Virus record (IMG/VR): IMGVR_UViG_3300035670_000888
Span: 1 to 31,681 of that record
Origin: a virus
Lineage: Duplodnaviria > Caudoviricetes
Reading direction: 5' to 3' (one strand)
DNA: 31,681 bases
Position 1 is the first letter of the stretch. The number at the start of each line of letters is the position of its first letter. Shown here one piece after another: positions 16,152-24,698 of the stretch. The notes beneath the pieces were generated by a model. It saw only the letters and a program-made list of their open reading frames with translations, was not told where the DNA came from and searched no databases. A program made the translations under genes and the position numbers.

Positions 16152-16989
16152 ATGCCCAGCGAGCGAGCGGTGGGTCGTCCACAAGCTGCGGGCGCTGCGG
16201 AAACTTCCGCCATACCTGCGACGGTCCGAGCCTCGGCAACCCATCCTTGCTGTAGCGGATGTAGAAACATCCCGGCCATTGTTTCACCATCGCTTCGGCA
16301 CGACCGAGCCGGTTGGTGTGCGTGGTGTCTGTGCACCCGCCAGGCTGCTTTGAGGTCGAGGGTTGTTCGTGCACCACGCGCCGGCTGATCAGCGTGCAAT
16401 AGCCCTCGGTGAGTACTTGCAGCGAATAGTCCGTGTCATCCATTAGGTGAGCTCGGAATCTGGCGTGCACATCAGTCTTTACCAGCTGCACGCAATAGAT
16501 CATCTGATTTAGACCAACGGGCGGCTTGCGGTCGTATCCGAAAGCGAACGCGCTGTTCATAACGCTCGCGCCGGCAACGTTGCTGAACGAATCCGAAACA
16601 AGTTCCATGAAAGCCAGGGCAACGCTCGCAGGGATTTCTATGCGCTTGCCTTTGCGTCTGATGCGGAAGCGTCGCATATCGTCGTCAATCATCCATACGT
16701 ACGGGGTGCCGGCTGCTCGTGCGTAGTCCATGATGAAGTTGCGGGCGTACGCAATGCCACGCTCGTCATCGTCCAGCACCATCACGCGATCGGCGCCGTA
16801 CCGCTCAACGTATGCATCAGCGTCATGCGGCTCGACAACGATGCGGTGCGGCACGCCCGATGCGTGAAGCAGGTCGGGCGTCGTTGCTGTATCCGCTCGG
16901 TGCCGCGACGGGACAAACACCGGATGATGTGGGTGCTGCAGCTGCTCGATGTTGTCGAGCGCATTTTGTATCGCTGCGAGAATGTCCAT
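16150..16989 (-). CDS. TET-associated-type / GREB1-like glycosyltransferase, paralogue 2
   Basis: 'PVFVPSRHR', 'IVVEP', 'GIAYARNFI', 'WMIDDD', 'DDTDYSLQVL', 'GGCT'; parallels 18707..19645. Confidence 0.75.
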   Translation of the reverse strand: MDILAAIQNALDNIEQLQHPHHPVFVPSRHRADTATTPDLLHASGVPHRIVVEPHDADAYVERYGADRVMVLDDDERGIAYARNFIMDYARAAGTPYVWMIDDDMRRFRIRRKGKRIEIPASVALAFMELVSDSFSNVAGASVMNSAFAFGYDRKPPVGLNQMIYCVQLVKTDVHARFRAHLMDDTDYSLQVLTEGYCTLISRRVVHEQPSTSKQPGGCTDTTHTNRLGRAEAMVKQWPGCFYIRYSKDGLPRLGPSQVWRKFPQRPQLVDDPPLARWA

Positions 16990-16996
16990 GTTCCCC

Positions 16997-18253
16997 CTAA
17001 AAACGTGGTGCTTTGACGCCGCGCACGCCCGCTGGCCTGGCTAGATCGAGGTCCGTTAGTGCCCACACCAATGCGTCGAGCCTGTCGGGTGACGTCGGGC
17101 TATCAGGCGTCCACGTCACAAGCTGTTCCTCAAGTTCGTTGAACACCTGCGCGTGGGCAACCCTGCTTTGTTCGTACAACGCTGCTACCGGCTCGGCGCG
17201 CACGCGCTTGCCCCGCGTAGCGTGCACGAGCTTTACCGGCACGTTCGGGTCCACCGTACGCAGCACCGTCTTGACCATATCCCCGCCCTGATTAGCTTCG
17301 GCAACGATGCGGTCAGCCTGGTGTTCGTGATACGCCTCGATCGCACGGCGGGCCCACCCGTCAGGGCTTGCGCGGCATGTGTAATCGGCGAGCACGTATC
17401 CGTTCGGTCCGTTCCTGCCGGCAACGACGATGCCGGTCTCGTCAGAGTCCTCGCCGCTCGTAACTGCCGGATCAATGGCGACGACGATGCGTTGCAACTC
17501 TGGCTCGCGCTTCGGCCACGCGCTTACCGCAGCTTCCAGCATGCGCCGATTCCATAACGCGCCTGGCACATCATCAAGGATTTCGGCGTACAGCTCCTGC
17601 CGGCCAAGCCTCGTGCCCTCGTACTTGGCGAGGATGCGCTCGAGGAAAGCCGGCGCGAGATTGTCGGCGTTCTCAAACGTGCTGCCCCGCGTGACGACGG
17701 TGGTGTCTGCAGCGACGAGGTCACGTATCTCTTTGGTCGGGCGCGGCGTGGTGGTGACGATGCAACGCGGGTCGGTACCAAGCCGCAATCCAAACTGCAG
17801 CTGGTCCCACGCTTCGGGATACCGCCAGGCTGCGAGCTCGTCGCACCAGGCCGCGTCATGCTGCGGTCCACGCAAGCGGTCCGGCTCGTCGGCGGAATAC
17901 GTCGTGCACAGCGCGCCTTCGGGGGCAATGGCAGAGCCTTTAGGGAACGTGATACGCCTCTTAGAAGGCTCGTACGTCGGCTGTACGGCGTCGTCCGCGC
18001 ATACAGCCAACAGGCCGCTCTCGCCCTCCACCATAACGTCGCGCACGTCGGCAGCAGTCGGACCCACCAATGCAATGCGTTTTGCGCCGTGGGCAATGCG
18101 CCAGCGCACCCATTCGGCTCCCGTTCTCGTCTTGCCCCAACCTCTGCCGGCCAGAATCAGCCATGCACGCCATTCGCCTTCCGGCTCGATCTGCTCCGGC
18201 CTGGCCAAACCATCCGGCGCATACCACGCAAGCGAGTACGGAAGGGTTATCAC
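16997..18253 (-). CDS. terL: Terminase large subunit
   Basis: Walker A 'AGRGWGKT', 'LRGPQ', Walker B 'WCDE', 'TTTP'; nuclease 'AIDPA' and 'SPDRLDALVWA'. Confidence 0.96.
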   Translation of the reverse strand: MITLPYSLAWYAPDGLARPEQIEPEGEWRAWLILAGRGWGKTRTGAEWVRWRIAHGAKRIALVGPTAADVRDVMVEGESGLLAVCADDAVQPTYEPSKRRITFPKGSAIAPEGALCTTYSADEPDRLRGPQHDAAWCDELAAWRYPEAWDQLQFGLRLGTDPRCIVTTTPRPTKEIRDLVAADTTVVTRGSTFENADNLAPAFLERILAKYEGTRLGRQELYAEILDDVPGALWNRRMLEAAVSAWPKREPELQRIVVAIDPAVTSGEDSDETGIVVAGRNGPNGYVLADYTCRASPDGWARRAIEAYHEHQADRIVAEANQGGDMVKTVLRTVDPNVPVKLVHATRGKRVRAEPVAALYEQSRVAHAQVFNELEEQLVTWTPDSPTSPDRLDALVWALTDLDLARPAGVRGVKAPRF

Positions 18254-18714
18254 CCCGTTGCGGCACGCTTCCGCCGACGTGCGGCGAGCTCGTCCAAGTG
18301 CTCGACCAGCCTGCGGTTCGCTTCCTCCGGTGTTACCTGCTCGACACGGACGGGTCCACCATCCTCACCTGTCAGCGCGAGCATCTGCTTCCTGCCCCAG
18401 CGTTGCGCGTTCGTGCGCTCTAGATACCACGCTGCAGCCTGCCAGCTTCCATCCTGCGCGGCTTTCTGAATCAGGGCAACGCTGCGCACTTCGGCAACTG
18501 CCTTTGCGCTTTCTACTTCCTTGCGGAACTCGCGATAGGGCTCCGGCGCGTCATCGGCTTCGCCTTTCTGCATCCAGCGGTAGAACGTGGCCTCGTTGAT
18601 GCCCGCGTAACGTGCCGCAACCTCCTGATAGTTGCCCCCGCGAATCGCGGTCACGATGCGGTCCTTGACCTCCGGCGTCAGCTTCGTTGGGCGTCCCGTC
18701 TTGCGCTCAGCCAT
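18250..18714 (-). CDS. terS: Terminase small subunit
   Basis: 'GRPTKLT' then HTH 'AARYAGINEATFYRW', 'WQAAAWYLER', 'LTGEDGGPV'; overlaps terL. Confidence 0.88.
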   Translation of the reverse strand: MAERKTGRPTKLTPEVKDRIVTAIRGGNYQEVAARYAGINEATFYRWMQKGEADDAPEPYREFRKEVESAKAVAEVRSVALIQKAAQDGSWQAAAWYLERTNAQRWGRKQMLALTGEDGGPVRVEQVTPEEANRRLVEHLDELAARRRKRAATG

Positions 18715-19645
18715 TCGTGCGCTCGCTTTCATGCTCGTTCAGCAGCGCGCGCAATGCCGGCGCCTTGACCTCGTCTGCCACCTTCTGCAGCTGCATCCCG
18801 TAATCGTCCGTGCCGGCTGCGGCCAGGGCATCCCAATCTATATCCGAGCGACGCTTCAGCGGCGTGTCAAACTTTGTCCACGAATCTCTAATCCAATGCT
18901 GCGGGCGTCCGTACTTGCGGGTGGTCGTGACCACGTACGGCCAGGCACGTTCCAAACTGCGCGCCATATCGAGGCGACCGTCCCCACGGTAAAGCTCGGA
19001 CGTGTTGCCACCCTTCATCGTCATAGTGGCCTGCTTGTTGATCAGGAACGCGTTGATGCAAACCGTGCACATGCCGGCTGCGAGCACCTGCAAACACAAG
19101 TCCGTGTCCTCGTTGTACCGACCGCGCCAGCGCTGCGGAATGCTGTTGTCAATCAGCAGGCAGCTATAGACGTGCGTGTTCACGTAAAACGGGGGCATAC
19201 CTGTCTTGCCGTGCATGCCGGCGCCCGCGAACGTGAGGTACTGCAATCCGGCAACGGCGATGTTCTCGTAGCGGTCTACGAACTGCTCGCTGATGTGCAA
19301 CGCAGCACCCGCATCGCAGGGTATCCGCTTCTTGCGGTAGCGGCGGTAGAAGCCTTTGATGTTGTCGTCAATAATCCAATGCCGAGCGTGCCCCTGCTCC
19401 TTAGCGTGCTCCCAGCACCAGTTGCGAGCAGGGATGCTCCCGAGCCCAAGATTCTGGAACGGCAGTACCATGATGCGGTCGTCGCCATAGCGTGCCGCGT
19501 ATAGCTCAAACTCCTGCGGCTCGACGACGATGTAAAACGGGCAGCCGTCCGCTTCAAGATGATTCGCTGTGTAGCAGACGTCGTGCCGACCCTTGCTGAT
19601 GACGTACACCGGGTACTGCGGCACAAGCTTGCCAGGCGCGTTCAT
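18707..19645 (-). CDS. TET-associated-type / GREB1-like glycosyltransferase, paralogue 1
   Basis: 'YPVYVISKGR', 'IVVEPQE', 'PARNWCWEHA', 'HWIIDDNI', 'WRGRYNEDTDLCL', 'MKGGNT'. Confidence 0.8.
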   Translation of the reverse strand: MNAPGKLVPQYPVYVISKGRHDVCYTANHLEADGCPFYIVVEPQEFELYAARYGDDRIMVLPFQNLGLGSIPARNWCWEHAKEQGHARHWIIDDNIKGFYRRYRKKRIPCDAGAALHISEQFVDRYENIAVAGLQYLTFAGAGMHGKTGMPPFYVNTHVYSCLLIDNSIPQRWRGRYNEDTDLCLQVLAAGMCTVCINAFLINKQATMTMKGGNTSELYRGDGRLDMARSLERAWPYVVTTTRKYGRPQHWIRDSWTKFDTPLKRRSDIDWDALAAAGTDDYGMQLQKVADEVKAPALRALLNEHESERTNG

Positions 19646-20292
19646 CCCAAAAACCTCAGTGAGCTCGGGTCCTCCTTAGCCTTCGGTGGCCACCATAGAC
19701 TCTTAGTGCGCTCTGTTATCTGAATCCCAAGCCGCTTCGCAAAGTCCTGGCGGTCAGCCTCGCTGTCGAAGCTCATGATGATCTTCGTCGGTGCGCCGGC
19801 TGCATAATCGTATTCCGGCATGCTCAACCATTCCTTCGCGGCATCCTCGTCTGGGATTTCGTGCTTCGGACGGGTAACCATTGCCAGGGCTGCGAGTTGG
19901 TCCTCGTCGAACCCAGAGCCGGCGAGCCCATCGTCGTCGAGCTGTGCAACCTCACGCAGCAGTTCCGTGAGCGCTCGGTCGTCAACGATTGCGAGGTTGC
20001 TGATCTCGTTATCGCTGGCGATCAGCTTCAGCGCTTTCGGGTCGTCACGCGCGATCGGCAGGCGAATCACAGGCACTTCCTTCATGCCCATTTCCTGCGC
20101 GGCTTCCACAACACCGTGGCCTGCGAGGATTGTGTCGTCCTCTGCTACGACGATGTTTCGGTAGATGCCGTAGGTCTCGATACTCGTGATGATGTGCTGC
20201 AGCTGCTCTTTCGGATGGTTCCGATAGTTGCGCGGATGCGGCTTTAGGCTGCTCAGTTTCACGACGACGCTGTCGTGTGTGGTGACGTTCAT
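19642..20292 (-). CDS. ParB/Srx-like N-terminal domain protein
   Basis: 'LKPHPRNYRNH', 'ILAGHG', 'IASDN'; upstream of the terminase, a common position. Confidence 0.85.
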   Translation of the reverse strand: MNVTTHDSVVVKLSSLKPHPRNYRNHPKEQLQHIITSIETYGIYRNIVVAEDDTILAGHGVVEAAQEMGMKEVPVIRLPIARDDPKALKLIASDNEISNLAIVDDRALTELLREVAQLDDDGLAGSGFDEDQLAALAMVTRPKHEIPDEDAAKEWLSMPEYDYAAGAPTKIIMSFDSEADRQDFAKRLGIQITERTKSLWWPPKAKEDPSSLRFLG

Positions 20293-20334
20293 TCGGCCCC
20301 CCGTTCGTTCACCGATGCGAAGCGTAGCGCGAGC

Positions 20335-20937
20335 CTAACCCGCATCGTCCCATGCGATTGCATCCTCACGCGTTTCGGGAATGGTGATCGTGCCCGCTGT
20401 GCCGGCGCGTGCTGACCGCCTGGCAGCGATTGCGTCGCGCAGCTTGCCCAAAGCTTCCCGCCCGGTGACACGCGCTCCGCGTGCATCGCCCGACCGAATG
20501 GGCAACGCCTTTATCTCGTGGTACTCGAGGTGGTAGCGACTGCGGCCTGCTGCGTACCCGAGCGACTGAACCAAGTTGCACGGACTGCAATAGACCACGC
20601 GCTCGTGCGGAATAAGCGCGACCGGACCGTTGCACCGCGAGCAGTACCTATCGGTGAGCTCGGTCCGTGGCGGATAGACCGGTGCCGGCGCCTCGCTGCG
20701 GCGGGCATCGCTTCGACGCATGACGCACCCGACAACCTCATGTGGTCCCGGTGGCCACCCGCTCGTGGGCATTGCGGCGATGCAATCGTCGAACCCACCA
20801 ACGACGTCCTGCGGCTGCAACTTCGCAGCCTGCCGAACGATTGCCTGGCGGATTTCGTCGATCACCTGCGGCTTGCTGTTCAGCGCTGGCCAAAGCGACC
20901 GCAAGCGCTGTAGCTGCTCCGTGATTACGTCATCCAA
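20335..20937 (-). CDS. Putative replication accessory (helicase loader/inhibitor-like) protein with Zn ribbon
   Basis: TTG start behind GGGAAGGAG; 'WPPGPHEV', CSRC...CSPC; follows the origin. Function inferred from position. Confidence 0.45.
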   Translation of the reverse strand: MDDVITEQLQRLRSLWPALNSKPQVIDEIRQAIVRQAAKLQPQDVVGGFDDCIAAMPTSGWPPGPHEVVGCVMRRSDARRSEAPAPVYPPRTELTDRYCSRCNGPVALIPHERVVYCSPCNLVQSLGYAAGRSRYHLEYHEIKALPIRSGDARGARVTGREALGKLRDAIAARRSARAGTAGTITIPETREDAIAWDDAG

Positions 20938-20980
20938 CGTGTGTGCTCCTTCCCTGCGCTGCATAAACCTCGCACACAAT

Positions 20981-21156
20981 AAAGCATGTTTAGAGGCTTA
21001 CCATGCTTAGTCTCTATCTCTATCTCTAACTCTTACTCTTACTCTGTTGGCAACGGTCGCAGTTGCGTTCCGCGACGCGCACCACGTTCTCTGTAGGTAA
21101 CCGTCGCGCGACGCGCACCGGGTTACTTGCCACCGACGGTCGCGCGACGGTCGCGC
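20981..21156. repeat. Putative replication origin: iteron-like repeats plus AT-richer hexamer tract
   Basis: CGCGACGCGCACC x2 (21071, 21107); tandem GACGGTCGCGC x2 (21135-21156); TCTCTA/ACTCTT hexamer run at ~21011-21045; IR aagcatg/catgctt. Confidence 0.6.
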
Positions 21157-21455
21157 CTGGCCTTCGCTTCTGCGCGCTTGCGGTCAAGGTATTCGCGGCT
21201 CGCCTGCTTTCGGGTAAAGCCGTCTACTACCCACGCGCCGGCTTCGCGACGCACTAATCCGACACGCTGCATTGCCTTCGCTTCCGTATCCCGCACGCCG
21301 CACGTTCGCAGCGCGGCGTCGGGTACGTGCCCATCGGTTTCGTATTCCTGGCAATAAAGGATCAGCGCCAGGAAACCCACCTGCTCCGTAGGCTTCAGTT
21401 GCACGACCTGCGGGTGGCGCAGGAAGCCCACGTCAATCTTTGCCCAATCCGCCAT
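21123..21455 (-). CDS. Replication initiator N-terminal (wHTH)-like protein
   Basis: 'MADWAKIDVGFLRHPQV...YCQEYETDGHVP' resembles the N-termini of actinophage replication initiators; strong RBS AGGAGG. Confidence 0.65.
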   Translation of the reverse strand: MADWAKIDVGFLRHPQVVQLKPTEQVGFLALILYCQEYETDGHVPDAALRTCGVRDTEAKAMQRVGLVRREAGAWVVDGFTRKQASREYLDRKRAEAKARRDRRATVGGK

Positions 21456-21485
21456 TCCTTCCTCCTATCGCATGCGGGCTCGCCG

Positions 21486-21494
21486 CATTTTATG
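21486..21494 (-). promoter_or_regulatory. Candidate -10 element CATAAAATG
   Basis: Intergenic TAAAAT before the initiator gene; the same 9-mer occurs at 28549-28557. Confidence 0.45.
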
Positions 21495-21524
21495 GCGTGC
21501 TGCTATTCCGCGCTCGGCACACGG

Positions 21525-21899
21525 TCAGTTATTGCCGGTGGCCTTCGCCGCGAGTCTGTCGATCACGAGAATGAGCCTGGCAGCATGCTCGATGCCCTCG
21601 CGCACGTCAGGGTCAGCCATGTTCCCTAGATGGAAAGCTACTTGGGTCAGGTAAGCGGGCACGTCGAGCGCTTCTTGCCGGCACTCGATCAGCGCCTCGA
21701 TAACCGTCTTGGCCTCAAACTGCTGCTCGTTCGCATGCACTTCGTATTGCGTGCCTACGGTCGTGCATCGCTGCGCGGCACCATCGGCAAGCTCTTTGAA
21801 CGCCCACGCCAGCTTGTGTTCGTCCTCGTATAGATCGCGTGCATGCCGAGCCTCGGTTATGGTGCGATGCACCAACTCGGCATATTCCTCGCTCGTCAT
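21525..21899 (-). CDS. Hypothetical protein (124 aa)
   Basis: MTSEEYAELV...; ATGA overlap with the VRR-NUC stop. Confidence 0.65.
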   Translation of the reverse strand: MTSEEYAELVHRTITEARHARDLYEDEHKLAWAFKELADGAAQRCTTVGTQYEVHANEQQFEAKTVIEALIECRQEALDVPAYLTQVAFHLGNMADPDVREGIEHAARLILVIDRLAAKATGNN

Positions 21900-22207
21900 A
21901 CTGCTTGTCCTTCCTGCAGCTGGATTCGCTGCGTTGATTTCAGTATTGCGATCACGTCGTCCCAATCTGCAGGACGCCATAGATACGTCTCTACGTCGGC
22001 AGCGCGCAATGCGTCAAGCCATTCGCGCTGCGCCAGGCTTACGCGTCCTCTGTCCGTCTTGAGCTCGGCCATGATTAGCCGATCGCGCACCAATGCAAGG
22101 TCGGGCCAACCCGGTTCGCTGCGCCGGCTGTCGTGGGTGTGGTACACGCGCCAACCGAGAAGCCTGGCAGCGTCCACAACCTGCGCTTGCCATTGCCGTT
22201 CGGTCAA
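21896..22207 (-). CDS. VRR-NUC domain nuclease (resolvase-like)
   Basis: TTG start; 'ERQWQAQVV...GWPDL...AELKTDRGRVSLAQREWL'. Confidence 0.88.
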   Translation of the reverse strand: MTERQWQAQVVDAARLLGWRVYHTHDSRRSEPGWPDLALVRDRLIMAELKTDRGRVSLAQREWLDALRAADVETYLWRPADWDDVIAILKSTQRIQLQEGQAV

Positions 22208-22281
22208 AGAGACCTGCCGATCGTTATCCATACCGCGAGGCAGATCATCAACGCGAACACAAGCCCGGCAAAGTTGTGCAT
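22204..22281 (-). CDS. Hydrophobic micropeptide (25 aa)
   Basis: MHNFAGLVFALMICLAVWITIGRSL; TAATG and TTGA overlaps. Confidence 0.55.
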   Translation of the reverse strand: MHNFAGLVFALMICLAVWITIGRSL

Positions 22282-22355
22282 TAGCGCCGGCTCCTGTCAA
22301 TCTCTCGGATTACCAGCAGAATCAGTATTGCCAAAGCTGCAAACCAAACCCACAT
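22281..22355 (-). CDS. Hydrophobic micropeptide (24 aa)
   Basis: MWVWFAALAILILLVIREIDRSRR; ATG directly after the upstream TAA. Confidence 0.55.
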   Translation of the reverse strand: MWVWFAALAILILLVIREIDRSRR

Positions 22356-22841
22356 TTATTGCCCTTTGTGTGCGTACCTGATGACGCTTACCACAGTTGC
22401 AATGGAAACACCAGCTGCCGCCGCCGTGCGAACGTAGCGGTCGCGGGTATCCATATGCTCGCGCGCACTCCACTCACGCAGGATTTTCATGATGCCTGTG
22501 CCCCGTTGCGGCGGCGTAATAGGCGGTCGGGATGCTTCACGCTTCTTGCGTTCTGCGTAGTTGAGCCGGCTGCGATGGTGACGGTAGGTGCGAACGCATC
22601 CGGGGCTCCCGCACGTTCGCTGCCTGGCACCTTTGACCGGAAACTTCCCGCATACGGCGCACATTTCGCCTTCGCGGTCCGCTTTGATATTCAGCAGCGC
22701 AGATCGTGAGTACAGATTTGTTGCATACGCGCCGCCGCTTTGCCCATGCTGCCGAATGGCATCCTTGCCGATGCGATGCAACGTGCGCTGACTGACGCCG
22801 AGCAGTCGTGCGGCTTCGCTCGTTGGCACTAGCTCGTCCAT
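22356..22841 (-). CDS. HTH plus Zn-finger DNA-binding protein
   Basis: 'TSEAARLLGVSQRTL'; CAVC...TCGSPGC. Confidence 0.7.
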   Translation of the reverse strand: MDELVPTSEAARLLGVSQRTLHRIGKDAIRQHGQSGGAYATNLYSRSALLNIKADREGEMCAVCGKFPVKGARQRTCGSPGCVRTYRHHRSRLNYAERKKREASRPPITPPQRGTGIMKILREWSAREHMDTRDRYVRTAAAAGVSIATVVSVIRYAHKGQ

Positions 22842-23296
22842 TACCGCGCCTCCCATCGAATCTTGTCAATCGGCAGCTGGCCAGCGTCGTCGCGGGCGCG
22901 GCTCGGGCATGACCACGGACGCCCATTGACCGTGCCGATTATTTTCCATCCTGCAGCATCGAGCGACGTGCCAGGCTCGTCGGTGCGGGTATAAGTAATC
23001 AACCGCGTGTATCCCAACGCTTGCGCAGCGCGCCACGCCGCCCCGTAAAGCTTTGAGCATGCGTTCGCGCATCCATCAGTAGCTACCCGATTGACCTCTA
23101 GCGTGAAGCCGTCGTCGAAACCTCGAGCTACCGGCCTGCCCACCATCGCAACGCCGCGCAACGTATCCGACGAATCCACCACACCCAGATTGAACACCGA
23201 GCCGGCAGGGGGCGGCAGATGCCGGTGCATATTGCGCACGTATTCTTTCGCAGTGCGTTGGCGTACAGGCACAATGCGTAACCGTTCCTGCTTCAT
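22841..23296 (-). CDS. Mom-like (XF1762-type) GNAT-fold protein
   Basis: 'HRH', 'GVAMVGRPVAR', 'LEVNRVAT', 'NACSKLYGAAWRAA', 'ITYT...EPGTSLDAAGW'. Confidence 0.8.
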   Translation of the reverse strand: MKQERLRIVPVRQRTAKEYVRNMHRHLPPPAGSVFNLGVVDSSDTLRGVAMVGRPVARGFDDGFTLEVNRVATDGCANACSKLYGAAWRAAQALGYTRLITYTRTDEPGTSLDAAGWKIIGTVNGRPWSCPSRARDDAGQLPIDKIRWEAR

Positions 23297-24258
23297 GGCA
23301 CCTGCCCGAACAATGACAACTGCTGCAGGCGTTCGCTCGCGAGGTCTAGGTAGGAAGGGTTGAGCTCGATACCGATTCCCCTGCGTCCGAGCATGCGTGC
23401 AACCGCCATTGTGGTGCCACTACCGCAGAATGGGTCGAGGACGATATCGCCGTCCTGTGTACTAGCCTTGATACACCGTTCGGGCAGCTGCGGCGGGAAC
23501 GTCGCGAAGTGCGCACCTGCATATGGTTTCGTCGTAATCCTCCACACGGTGCGTGCATTTCTGCCGGCGCCAGGCACATGCCGTTCAGTCGTACCGCTGC
23601 CACCGCTGCGCGCGTGGTATTCCGCACCGCCTTGTCTACCTGCGAAGCCGTTGCCGCTCGCATAGCCCGAATCCGGCTCACGGATCGCGTCGGCGTCGTA
23701 GTAATAGCGTTCCGACTTGGTGAGCAGAAACACGTATTCGTGCGCCTTTGTCGGACGATCACGCACGCTTTCCGGCATGGCGTTCGGCTTATGCCAGATA
23801 ATGTCCGAGCGCAGATACCACCCGTCATCCTGCAGCGCGAAAGCCACCCGCCACGGAATCCCAACTAGGTCCTTGTGCTTACAGCCTGCAGCCGTACGAA
23901 CGATGGATTGCGTGCGGGCAGCTTTCGGACCCCCGCCACGATGCCCATTACCCATCAACGTGCTTGTGCTGCTCGGCGGGCCGGCACCACCTGCTGCATA
24001 TGAATCGCCAAGGTTCAGCCACAGCGTGCCGTCATCGCGCAATACGCGTCGCACTTCGCGGAATACGCACACGATGTTTCGCACGTACTGCAGCGGCGTG
24101 CTTTCTAATCCAAGCTGGCCAGGCTCGCCGTAGTCACGGAGTCCCCAATACGGCGGCGATGTGATGCAAGTTTGCACGCTGGCATCGGCGAGCGTGGCGA
24201 GCACCGTAACTGCATCGCCTTGATACAGCTGCACGTCTCCATCGTCGCGGGTCAGCAT
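23293..24258 (-). CDS. DNA methyltransferase (beta-class, N4-C/N6-A)
   Basis: Catalytic 'TSPPY' precedes SAM-binding 'VLDPFCGSGTT'; 'HFATFP'; TAATG-coupled start. Confidence 0.93.
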   Translation of the reverse strand: MLTRDDGDVQLYQGDAVTVLATLADASVQTCITSPPYWGLRDYGEPGQLGLESTPLQYVRNIVCVFREVRRVLRDDGTLWLNLGDSYAAGGAGPPSSTSTLMGNGHRGGGPKAARTQSIVRTAAGCKHKDLVGIPWRVAFALQDDGWYLRSDIIWHKPNAMPESVRDRPTKAHEYVFLLTKSERYYYDADAIREPDSGYASGNGFAGRQGGAEYHARSGGSGTTERHVPGAGRNARTVWRITTKPYAGAHFATFPPQLPERCIKASTQDGDIVLDPFCGSGTTMAVARMLGRRGIGIELNPSYLDLASERLQQLSLFGQVP

Positions 24259-24698
24259 TACGCTTCCCGACAGCCCCATCCCTGCCACTGCCGCGTTATG
24301 GGCCAAGCTGCGACCGCTACTGCGATCTGCTGCTGTGGCGTTGCGGTAGCTGGGTAGGGATACTTGGTAATCCGAGCTCCGTACGCATATGTCGAGCGGT
24401 ACATGCCCATCATGCCGATCCAGCGACCGTTCGGAAAGTGACGAGGGTTAGCGCCCGTTTCGCAGCGAGCAATCCTCCACGCCTTCTCCCACGTTCCCTT
24501 GCCGCCGATCTTGTCTACTCGGCGTCGGATTTCCCACGCGCGAGGGTTTGGTGGCCACGCTTGCGCGTCGCGCTTCGCCTGCTTCATGCACTTCGCTTTC
24601 GCCGGGCCCACATGTTTCTGGCACGGCTTCGCATCTGCTACGCCATTCGCACCGAGCGCGATAACGCCGGCAGCGATGATCGCGATGCCCATTTTCAT
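24258..24698 (-). CDS. Secreted Rpf-like lytic transglycosylase
   Basis: Signal peptide (MKMGIAIIAAGVIALGANGVADA); 'IARCETG', 'ATPQQQIAVA', terminal 'WQGWGC'. Confidence 0.72.
   Translation of the reverse strand: MKMGIAIIAAGVIALGANGVADAKPCQKHVGPAKAKCMKQAKRDAQAWPPNPRAWEIRRRVDKIGGKGTWEKAWRIARCETGANPRHFPNGRWIGMMGMYRSTYAYGARITKYPYPATATPQQQIAVAVAAWPITRQWQGWGCREA

Noticed and set aside
15840-16399. ORFs 15893..16399(-), 15840..16043(-) and 15846..16388(+)
   Set aside because: They overlap TAGT-2 or the portal and lack protein-like features; RNA structure explains the region better.
19642-20292. ParB as a plasmid-prophage partition system
   Set aside because: No parA nearby and no evident HTH; the terminase-proximal position fits ParB-like proteins linked to DNA modification and packaging.
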